A stretch of DNA of 64,000 bases from NCBI GenBank assembly GCA_976226885.1, contig OZ320317.1, positions 59,830,001 through 59,894,000 on the forward strand, read 5' to 3'. The position numbers and the translations under genes were made by a program. This document shows, in pieces, positions 26,601-38,600 of this stretch; position 1 is the stretch's first letter, and each line of letters begins with the position of its first letter. Below the pieces are notes generated by a model, which saw only the letters and a list, made by a program, of their open reading frames with translations, did no database searches and was not told the origin of the DNA. The stretch comes from Iphione sp. A-MEVVRFRX5 (taxonomy: Eukaryota).

Positions 26601-29600
26601 CAAGAGGAGGGAAAGGTAGGAAGAAGAGAGTGAAGCAGCATAGTACAAAACTGACAACGAAAAGCAATAACAATAGCCATTACCGAAAAAAACATGCATG
26701 GACGGTCGCACGAGAGATTCCTGCAGACAGAGGGCAGGCACAGACAGACAGACAGATAGACAGACAAACAAAAATGGAAATGCAGTAAATAAAATCGGTA
26801 TGGCCACAGTGCTTGTAAAAATCATTCGTTGAGAATGATACATTTGCTCAATAAAATTGAAAATCAGATAAACAGACGTAAACGTTGACGCGTTGACGGA
26901 AAAAGGACGTAATCCAAAGTATGACTTTCATAACGAAATTTGAAGTACATGTAGTTGGAAATGCATGATTTAGAACCCAGTCATAAAAACGTAATACGCC
27001 AATTGGCCGATCAAAGAGCTGACACACTGATTAGACACTCTTTCGAAACATGGGTGGATTAAATCAGACGGGAAGGGCAATTTTTAAAATTGTGGTACAT
27101 GACCTTTTCGAAGTAAAGGCAGATACGCCAATTAGGAAAGACGATCGGGCATGTATGATTTGTTTCTGTCTAGGCACGAGCGCTGAGTGATAGGAAGTGG
27201 TCGAAACACATGAAATTGTAAACCAGGAAAACGATATATTTATCATATGGTTGAAACATATGAAGATCATCAACGCTCTGAAGAATATGATACTGTCTGG
27301 AGTCCAAAATATAAAAAGTTCAGCGATGGAAAGGAAACATATCTTTTGCTACATAACTAGCAAAGAAAGAGATATATCCTAAAGTAAGTGGATAAAGCGC
27401 TTTTCAAGCATTCAGGAATAAACTTTACTCATATCAAAATGAAGATATACTCTGTCCTCCCTGGGCATCGATGGGGTTACGTCAGTGCTAAGGGTGAATG
27501 GAGCGTTAGAAAGATGTGTTTGCATATATATCGGATGGTTTGGCATCGGTTTTAAAGCGAACCCTTTCATACATCCCACATTGGATTATTGGGACGCCAT
27601 AACAGCACTGCGGGCCTTGTTAGGCGGCGAGGTATGACTCGAAGCCGCAAGGCGAACAATCCAAAGTGGGGAGATGTGCAATAAGTGTGGAGAAAAAGAG
27701 GCAAGGGAGGGGTCGTCGGGCGATGGCTGTTCGAAGACGTAACTGATACAAGGCACAGAACGGAGAAGGGTGGGGGCTAACCAGTGGGCAGGCGGCGTGC
27801 CATTAATATGGGACATTCAACAAACCCGATAGCTGCTGTGGGCGATTTCACGCCTTGTACACGCCAATAGTGCAATCTGATATCATTTCAGATGAGTCGG
27901 CGGTCGGACACGGCGGCACCGATGGCGCTTGGATTAAAGAGAACCGGCTCGCTCGCCACAAACCTTCCTGCAGTCCCCTCCTGTGAAAGCGGCTCTATTG
28001 TGAGTCGCTCTTTTGATGGCAGTGCAAGTTTAGTATTACGGCAAGGTGATGGCTGCCACCCCGGAGCCCTACCCTCCCCCCCGACAACCACTACCACACC
28101 CAACCACCAGCGATATACCCCAAGATTATCCACCACCAGAGCGCTGGGTGGGATATTCGAGCCATCAAGAAACACAAAAGATGCCATGTACACCGACGGG
28201 GCTCCCCGCGCGACAGTGAAATTACACCCAGCAGATATGTGGTTTTAGTGCAGGCGAGTTGCTCGCCCTACAAACTGCATCCAGATTAAGGAGATGAGTT
28301 GCTCCGGGGACCACATTTCCCCATGACGACCATTTATCCCTGCAACCTTAGTGTCCCGACCGCCGTTTCACAGCCGGGCACAATCAGAGAAAGAGAGAGA
28401 AGTGATTGCGCCTTTATCTGTCGGGACATCCTCAGACCAAGACGGGCTTTTATTTACCTACACACATGACCTTTGTGACGCAAAGAGACAGGAGATGATA
28501 AAATGTCTGATAACCCTTCATACTGAACTAGTGACTATGAAAAGAACAGGAAAGTGGAGGTAGGCACAATTATTAGTTAAAAAAGAAAAAAAACAAAATT
28601 TCCTTGTTTGCAGTGAGTTTATAGTGAGTGCGACGAGGCCGACACCAGTGTTCACATACAAAAAGTACATTTTCCAGTACGTGCAATAAAACACGTGCCG
28701 AACATTTTGAGCGGAAACAGCCTTAATTTTTCTTTAATAAGACAAAAACGCTCCGCGTAGGTAACTTAAGTGAAGGAAATGAAAGTGATTCTCCTAAATA
28801 TATTAGTAACCTGTCTGGGTCGAAATGTTGTGACATTATCGTTAGTCAGACTGGGCCAGGTTGCGAGGAAAGATGGAGTAGTGTAAAAACTATGTAATAA
28901 GGGCTTTAGGCTGGCTCGTGATGAAACAAGGAACACAAAGGGCCTACTTTTTCTAGCAGTAGTATACAACACCGCTGTGATGGTGAAATACTGACAGGGG
29001 GGCTCTTGGCACATACATGTATTTTGAATGGGGGAGGGCTTTGGTGGGTGGATCAGGGTGGCAGAGGGAATTATCTTCGGCTTCCAGAGGTAATCTCGAT
29101 CCGATGGACGGCGACTGATAACATCCCTAAACCTCCCTCCCCAAGGTTGCGCCTCCCCCTGCACCCTCCCCCCCCCCTCCCGCGAATAGGCTACTGAGAG
29201 ACGCAGTCTGGCGACATCATAGGCCTGCTTGTATCTTAGCAACGGTTGCCATGGACGACTGATCAAAGCACCGCCAGAGGACGGAGTGCGAGGGCCGCTA
29301 AGTGTCCGTAAAATCCACCTGCAGCGCCATTGGTATCAATGATAAGCACTGGCTGCTGGGAGAAACGCAAGCAAGCATCACTCCTACCACCCGTTCGCCC
29401 TCCCATCCATTCACCCGGGTGCCTACCCACCCGTTCCTGGGTCGCGTGGTTTATAATTTCTTTAAATGGTGATGTCTGCGCGCTCACGAATCTATAATAC
29501 CAGGCAGGTTTACAACGGATTACGTACATCTGAGAATTTCATTTTTAGGATTTAGCATGGATGACGTCTTTGACAGGTTTAGGACACAAAATAGATGAAA

Positions 29601-32600
29601 GGATGACCGCATGTGTCAAGGGAGCCGTGGTTGAAGCTCTAAAAGACACGACGGCCTGCTGTTTTCCTTTAATTATCACTCTCTAGAGACAAATACATGT
29701 TTTCAATATTTGTGACGGTAGCCATCAAACCAGGGTGTGATTACCATCTCTTCTGTGCGGCATAGTCTTTCCATACTCACGAAACAGTGGGAACAATTAC
29801 GTAGTTCATCCTACTAATGAGGCAACCGCAAGAACAATACTAGGGAATAAATGTTCAACGAGTACCACTAAATAATATTCCCTCGGTGATGGACCTAATG
29901 TTGGTGCTGTTTGCTACGATCGTCAGCCAGTCAGCACGTCTTGGGCTGAAAGCTTGCCTGTATTAGCAGTCTGTCCACGAAGGGCTGGCTGGAAATGGAG
30001 AGAGGCGGGAGGAGAAGAATGGCTGGATGAGTCCCAGGAGGACATTTCACCACTGGTCTAGTTAGATCCCTTGAGTATTTCGAGAACAAGGGCAACAGCA
30101 GCCTGAGAAAGGGGCGAATAATTGAAGCCTATGCAACATGAGGTAGCCCTTCCACCGTGGACATTGCTTTATCTTAATGCTTGACAAACTCGATCATCTT
30201 TTAATGTCATAGTGCCAGTGTAAGGTCGTGGTCATTGCACGAAGAAAACTTATCTTGAAGATCTTTACCATAGTGGCCGAAAAATAACCACAAAAGGGGG
30301 GGTGATTTCATAATACTAATGGGGATCTATTCATTCTCATGGTCTAAGGTTTGGGCAATACTATTTTAGTACGTGTAAAACCAACATCAAAACGTTATGA
30401 TCAATCCGGATCTTCAACACAGTTCAGGTACTTAGATGGCAGTCGGATGACTCAACTGTTGTGCTTCCCTTAGAAAAGACCCTTAAACACAAGGATACAG
30501 ATATTGAATATTATTATCCCCCCCCCACTTTTTAACGGTATTTATTAAACCGATTCTAGAAAAGAAAAACCTAAATTTGGTGTGAAATCTTACACCTTTA
30601 TTATAAGACCACTTTTAGAAGGAATTATGTGTACGTGCTCTGTACGATATTAATGTTTCAATTCTAAAGGTAATCAAGTGTATATGTACATTGTACATAT
30701 ATGTATGTACATGTATGTACACGTATACAGTGTACATGTATGTATATACATGTATATGTATACATGTACATGTATAGACATACATGTACGTATGTCAAAA
30801 GGTTGATGTGGCTAGATCTAACCAACAAGAATTGCTACCAGGTTCTGAGGAGCCTAAAACAGTTACCTTCCTTTAAATACTTGTTTATGTATCAGTTGCT
30901 AGATGACAAGTGGTCAGCAGTGAATCCTAGCTCCATTCTGATTGGTGAAAATCAAAGCATTGTATATCTAAAGGAGGGGGCATAAAGGTTGATCCTGGTT
31001 TCGAAATCCATCTCATCAGGCAAAGTCAAGGTGTAAATTAAGCTCAGGACATCATCTGATAAAATTTTTTTTTACATGTATGTATGTATGTATGTATGTA
31101 TGTATGTGTGGAGGTTGAGGCATATCAGTCAAAATTGTACAGTTTTTAATGGAGGTTGAGGTATATTGGTCAAAATTGTGCTGTTTTTCATTGAGCCTGA
31201 GACATATCGGTAGAAATTATGTGTTTTTTATGCAAATGATATGGAAATTAGAAAATATTTCACTCCATCTGTCATATGACAGACAGTGTCTGTCCTGCTG
31301 AAAAGGTCCATCTCTCTGTCCTACTGGTCCATGGATGTCCGTGGTCTAGAAAAAAAATTAGCATTGTTCGTTTTTGGTCCCCTGACCATGGACTTTGGAC
31401 CATGCACCTGTACACATGGAACACCCTCTATTAAAATCAGTGAGTTATTTCTTTCCCGGAGCACGGAGCATGCTCCGGAGGTAATCTAAGTAAACAAGGA
31501 ACCAGGCCTAAGGGCCGGGTTCCATACCTGCGTTGGCATCTATAAGGTATCCATTGGTATCCATGTGCGTTGGCACGCGTTTCACGTGTTTCTCTCACGC
31601 AACCTCACGGATAGGGGTCATTTGGCCTTGCATTGAGGTGTGTGAAATCTATTGTGATCTATGAAAAGGGGTAAATATGATTTTAAGAGCCATGAAAATG
31701 ATGGGAAAATGATGAGAAAGGACAAATATGATTCTAAAAGCCACGAAACTGCTGGGGAAAATGAAGAAAAGGGATGAATGTGATTCTAAACGCCATGAAA
31801 CTGAAGGGGAAAATGATGAAAAAAAGATGAATATGATGCTGAAAGTCACAAAAATTATGGGAAATGGGATGGAAAAGGACACTTAACAGTTTCACCTGAT
31901 TCAAAGACCGTCTCCTGTATACTGCTGTGCGTTTGGTGTCCGTTTGCGTTAAATTATCGGTCAGAGACCATTTATGAACTACTGGACACCAAACAGATAC
32001 CAACGGATACCAACACACACGAAAATATTGGGTACCTTTCACTGAATTCAACTTGACCATAAAAAACGGATAGGAATAGATGGGAAACGGGCGGGAATGC
32101 ACACGGACATCAACGCATGTAAGAAAACCGGTCTTAACTTTTAAGGACGGTCTTGTTGCAACCAGTCGCGAAAATCTTTGCCATACCAAGAATGGTTTAT
32201 ATGAAGAGATGGTTTTATTGCTCATTAAGTCTCTCATTTAGCGAGGCTATGGCAAGGTAAAAGTTATCAAATGTTACACTATGTAGCAAACAGAAATTGC
32301 CTACCGTGTATCAAAGTGATTACATTTACAGACACATGTATGTATGCACGTTATACAAGGTCACACCAAGAAATCCATATAGAGAGGTCCGGCAGTTCTC
32401 GACTAAATATAAGCTGCCACCAAAGCCATAATACATCCTAGCATAATACAAACTGGCCTCATTGCATGCCATTAACTGTTCCTCACTGTCGACAGAAATA
32501 CCTACAATTACCATCTATTTCGGTAATTTCGTGCCATGGGTCTATGAATTATCCGCGATACTAGGCATCACTAACATCAGTTCTACTGGCTCTCATTGAC

Positions 32601-35600
32601 GTATTATGCTGAAGGATAAAAAAAGTAACCAGATGTATCAAGTCTATTTGATCAGTGTTTCTAATTCCTTTATATCATATGTACCACTAAATCCTTTGGT
32701 TGCTTACCCAAAGCATGGCAGTTGGCGGGGCTTCATTATATGAGTACTCCTTAAAACAATGTTTGTATGCACAATTGTTTATATGCGGGGTGCATTTACT
32801 CTCCTGTTCCTTACTATTCATTAGTCGTAATTGCTCGTGTAAGACCGTCCATGCTTTCTCCGATGGAGCTGACAGCTATGTGTAGCCAAGTACCCTTTAA
32901 TGCCAAGCTGATGTCTCTTGTGTTACAGAGTCGGTTCGTGTGTATAGGCGCCGAGTGCAGTGCCTTTTAGCAGCATGCAATTACGCCTCGGAGCCGAGGC
33001 GTTTAGCGCCCACGGGTATATGTGTCTGTCGGTGGGCATACGTACCTTGTGAGCTGCCACTGCCTGCTCCTCGCCGGCTGCCGTGCCCCTCCGTCGGGCC
33101 TGGGTCCCTGGCGCTTCCCCCGCCGCCGCCACCGCTGGGCTGGCCGCCCTCGTGAGGTTCGGCGGCGCCCGGTTCGCGGCCGCTCCCCCCGCTGCTGTGC
33201 CGGCTACCGCTGTGGCCCTCCGATATTGAACCCCGCTGGGCTGATGACATCGGAGACGGGGAGGGGGTCAGACAGAGACAGAAAAGAACATGATCAAAGT
33301 CTGTACGTTTCGTTGGATGACGGGAGGCTGTGGTGTCAACGTTACTGTACAGGTAACGAGTCTGAGGGGGGGGGGGGCTGCGACTGCCACCGCCGGCGTG
33401 GATGGCCTCCTGAGTCCTTGATGGTCATAGAGGACGCAGGCGATGGGGCGCGGGGATGAGGCGAGGAGCGTCGGGGCTTTGCCATCCAGCTTGTTACAAC
33501 CGCGGCCTGCCGAAGGGCTTGTGTTAAAATTTAACGATTGCAAGTTGTAATCATTGTCATATCATGCCAGTAACGGCAGCACCGGGGTCATACCACAGCT
33601 AAGGGCACACGGACAATGGATAGCTGCATACAAGCAAAAGGGACATCACATCCAAAATTCATTCAGTACCAAAGGCAAATCAGATAAAACGGTTGCGTTA
33701 TCGTATTTGCTACACCGAAACCGCTCATTATTTACAAAACTGTTCTCATGGGACAATCTTTATCAGATAACCTCAAAGAAGACTAATTACAACTTGGACG
33801 TTTCTCAGAATACAATCTAAATATGAATGCGCTACACATACTAGACGCTTGCTGAAAAATATTCCAAGTACATGATATTTCGAAGTACCGAAAACAGTTC
33901 GACATCTGCCCTGTAATTTATCAATAGTTAAAAGCTTTTAGATTAGAGTGAAAATAAAGACGATTACGTGGTGAAGACGCCATACTCTTATACTACTTAC
34001 ACCACTTTCACTAGAATAACCACAGTGAAAGGTTTTCAAATATCCTGACGCTTTATCTGAAAGTGATTGATATTTTACATTTACTTTGATTCTGTTAGCA
34101 TTAACGTGAGAGCAACAATCCTGAAATCAATACTTTCATACAGAACCGCTTGGTCTACACGGTTAAAAATAGCTCAAACATTATGAGATCAACGTACCTG
34201 TGGCTTCCTCGAGGTTAAAGAAGCCGGAGTCTGAAAAGTGACGAGAATACCATTAGCAACAAGCAGTATTTTAGCACATGTACACATAAAATATTACGGC
34301 TTCTATAAAGACATACAAAAGTTTAGAATACATCATTTAACAACTTCAGCACTTTCCGAAACGCAAGACTAAACTGTAAGTCTACACGTGGAAGGGTTCT
34401 GATGCTATTGAAGCAATATGGAGGAGTGGGAGACTTCTGGTGTATACATAGTTGGTATGTCATGAAGGTGCTGTTTACCATTATACGCTTAAATGGTACC
34501 CTTCTAAACAAGCCGGGAATGAAGGTGCTTCAGACTGGAAAACGTTCTACTGTGATGATTGAACTATCATCGGTACACAGAGAAGAGAGGTAATGAGAAA
34601 CAGGGTAGTTACAAATATGCCACCCAAATCTATGGGAGGCGCATCGAAGATATCTACTCAGGCACATTATATGGTGAGAAAAGCTATCTTCCAAATACAC
34701 GGAGAAAATTAACCTCTACCAGCTGCGATAACCCTATTAAATTGAAAGAGATTGGAGGTCAGAGATAGGTGTAAGTTCGTATTAAAATGAGTACGTGAAC
34801 TATTCCGCTAAAACCCATTTTGACTCCTTTGGACAAGTCAGGCCAACACTGAAGACAAAGAAGTAACACTAGCCACACAACGACTATGCTATTTAACTAT
34901 CTATTAACCTGATGCACTAATTGTGGTGATTGATTAGGATTTGATTACATTACGTCCCTGTAAGGTGTGACTATGAGACTAGAGTCCAGCGCCGGACAGG
35001 GCCATCCTTAATTGTAAATGGAATTAGCTATGCTGGCCTAATCACATTACGCTAATTACTCCCGCAATTACATTCGAATGCTCAAAAAGATAACGTGTTG
35101 AGTAAATAAGAATGCTGCATACGCAACGCTAACGAAATTTATGGACAGTCCACTGGGCGATATAAATAGATTTATTATATTCCATTACAGGCATAGTAAT
35201 TTATCGACATGATGTGCGGACATACGTGTGACACTGCTTTTATGCATATCAATGAAGGACGAGACATCGCCCTGTAGGTCTGTTGTGTGCATACTGCTTA
35301 AAAGATCTCCCGCTCTCCACGTAGTCTGCCTGTACATGTACTAGTATTTGACTCATGCGCGCAGTGTCTCGGAAGAAGAAGGGAAAATAAAGGTGAAAAC
35401 TGTAATTAAAAGATCTGATGAATCTGCGTTAAGATGAACCTAATAGAAAAATGAACTAACAATATCGCGCCAGAAAAAAAGTGCAAAATATGACCGGACT
35501 GTTACAGAGCATTATAAACACCATCCGACCTATATGTTGGTGTGAATATTAATACCTCCCCTGTGGTTAATCTGCCCCTTGTGCACCGAGAATAACCATT

Positions 35601-38600
35601 TTAAAGGAGGAAGAATAGTAGTATTAGGCTACGACGTACATTAGTGTGTTGGTTGTACAGAGAGGATATCTCATTTCTTTAATCTACGTGTAGCACTTAC
35701 CCTCATTTACCCCTTCTTTCGGATTAAGTAGAAGACTATAGTGTTCTGAACGGAAGGGGTATACCAAGCGTTTAAATGAGCAACATGTGCGAAATGGAAG
35801 TATCATAGGAACACCATCACCCATCACAAAATGTAGGCATCCATATATATATACGTACATATTTATACGTATATATACATTTGTAATACTTAAGCGGGTA
35901 TGTTACTAGACATTTATTCTGATTTGATACTGTTAATAAAAGAAAACGAGCTCCTGGCATTGAAAAAACTGTTAAGCAATTTTCCCCGCCAAACAAAAAT
36001 GAGACTGCAATTTCACAGAAGTATCAAAACCAAACGACAGGGGGATATTTACACCATTCGTTTTTACGTCCTTAAGGTTATGCTATGAGCTTCAGGCTCG
36101 TAATGATGGCCGAATATGCGTCCAGGATAAACCGACATTAGAGTTTTAATACTTTATTTAGGGATAATTCTCTTTCATGGGGGAAGAGTTCTACCTTCTC
36201 TACCTTCGGATGGCTGTTGTCCAAGCAGGTCGGGTGGAGGCCCCGGCGCGGGACTCACCGACGTCGTTGTCTTGGCTGTCGTGGACAAGGTGTTTCCAAT
36301 GTCGTCTGCTGATAACAAAGAAACACAATCATTGGTACTGGTGTCATGGATCTAGTGCTCAGCCTTACGGTGGGCAGCCATTAGGGCAGTTTCAGGAATA
36401 TTCAGGGTATTCTTAAGGACAAGAGTGTGTGTGAGTGTGTGCACATGGCTGGCAGTAGCACCGTCTTGTATCATCCTTCCCGCTGCAGTCAGGTGATGAT
36501 CACATGACATTGAGTGGTTTCATTACGTTCTGCTACGGGGAAGTGAGTGTCCCCACACAAAACACGCATGCGATCGAATTGATCGCTACCCGTTTCAACG
36601 ATGACCATGTTCTTATGCTCACCATCCTTCGAGCTACCATCTTTGAGGCATGTGAAACCGTGTACGCTTGGGCTCCAATACTGAGATGAAAATAGCCTTC
36701 TACGATGGTAATAACTGCCCAGAAGATGTTGTGAGCAACTCAACTACATATCACATTACATGAGAGAAAGCATTTCCCCTCCAGACATTAGCCTTGAGGC
36801 ATCACAGTCATATTTGATCTTATTTTCTATTGATGTAACATATGAAGTCACGTGGCGTCTTACTGAAAGGTCACTTTGAAAGATCCCAATCCCAAAGTTG
36901 AGAAGAAAACTATTTGACATACTGATACTTTCCTTTGTGTTCTGCAGAAAAGCAACAAGGGGATATAAGAAATATTTAGCACAACCACTATCGAGTAATA
37001 AAAGTGAAAAGATCATATCTTTTTATTATTAAAACAAACCGCTCTCCTCTGTGCCCCCGTAGCCACGATCTTGCAAAAATTTACGTCTTTCTGAGGATCT
37101 ACCTGACGTTGATGAAGTCACGCTGACGTTAGACTGGCTGATGGTGTTGCTGTTGGGATATGTGCTGCCCTCTGCAGTGTCATTGCCTTGTTTGAAGTTC
37201 TCGGGAGGGTTGTGCGTCGTGCCGTCCGCATTCACACATTTGTGCGAGTCATAAAGCACTGGAGATCGGGAATCAAAGACGACAGAAGTAAATCAAAATC
37301 TCTTACACGGGTGGATCAACCATGTACTCTAATAAACAGTTGGTACCATATACATTCACATTGCGAAAAGCCCATCTAACCGACGTAAAAGACATCCCTT
37401 TATATTACTACCGTACATCTAGTTGCAATTCTCCTCCTGTAATCATTGTGAAAAATATGAGTCTTCTAATGTATCACCTCCGAAATGTATGCACATCAGG
37501 GATCCTGACGCCGAACTATGAAAACGGCGGGCTGTTCTTCAAGTAGATGGTGGAATTGAGAGTGTACATCTCATTCATATATCGAATGTCTGGCTACGAC
37601 GGCTAAAATCAACATAAGCTGTTCCAGATAACCTAAGTATTTATTCGTCTGAACGTTCTTGATATAATATGCTTTCATTAGTTATACTTGCACATCGTTG
37701 CGACTATAAGAGATTCAGACAGAGTATACGAAGAGTAGCATTATATGACGTAAGATACCCTATTAGATACGCGAACCATAAACGTCTTTAATAAGTCCTC
37801 CTGGGCTTAAAGAGCGATTATTATCCAGCTCATTATTTCCATCAGAATGAAACCGAACCATCAATTCGTTGTTGGCCTGGACGGTCTCAGGAGTAGTCCT
37901 CCACCAAGTCCCAGGGCCTCCTCCCTCTGCATCAACGCTGCATTCCCTACATGGCGGCGGAGGCGGCAGGGGGAGTGGGCCACATGGGAGGGTGTGGGGC
38001 CCAATTTCAAGGTGTTTACTTGCGACAATGGGCACGCACGCCGTGCACGACAGCGGATCCACAGAATCAACAACACGACTGCCGCTCCCATACCGATCCG
38101 TCCACAGTGACTGGGTGAAGTCGGCCCCATCTCCCCTTAGCCCAGGCCGACCACTACCACCTCTCGGCTCCCCAGAAACACCAGTGTTTGGGCAGACCAT
38201 TCCATGGCGATGGCTGCGGGAGTCAACCAGGAATCCAGGGTGATCACCGTCTGAAAGCCACCCGAACCTTCAATAACCCGAAACCCAGCCAGGAAAACAC
38301 CCACAGCGCTCCATTAAAATCGCAAACAAATGGGATTCATTATCTAAATGAAAACGAATCCGTCTGCGCTGATTTGAGTTTTTTTGGCCATCATTTAACC
38401 GTTGATAGCGTCTACTATCATAACCTAGTTCACTTAAGAGACGAGGACTGTTATTTCTCAACAGGAATAATGGCGGCAAAATATTTCAAATAAGGAAACA
38501 ATGGAAGATGGACAGAAGACGATGTAAGGAGGGAAAAATTAGAGCGGGAATGACAGTTGATGAAGTAGGACTGATGAAAAGAGGACCATAGCCAGCTTGA

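Noticed and set aside
27892-28248. Plus-strand 118-aa ORF with an acceptor before the ATG and an internal GTGAGT
   Set aside because: No recognisable protein and no partner exons that link in phase.
31734-32237. 167-aa minus-strand ORF
   Set aside because: Reads through a MITE and its 52-bp array; not transposase-like.
36623-36680. Minus-strand exon-like segment (YWSPSVHGFTCLKDGSSKD) with good splice sites
   Set aside because: Open as phase 0-to-1 (or 2-to-0), but both neighbours require phase 1-to-1.
37800-37900. CUB-like NELMVRFHSD motif
   Set aside because: A single short motif with none of the other CUB cysteines or strands.
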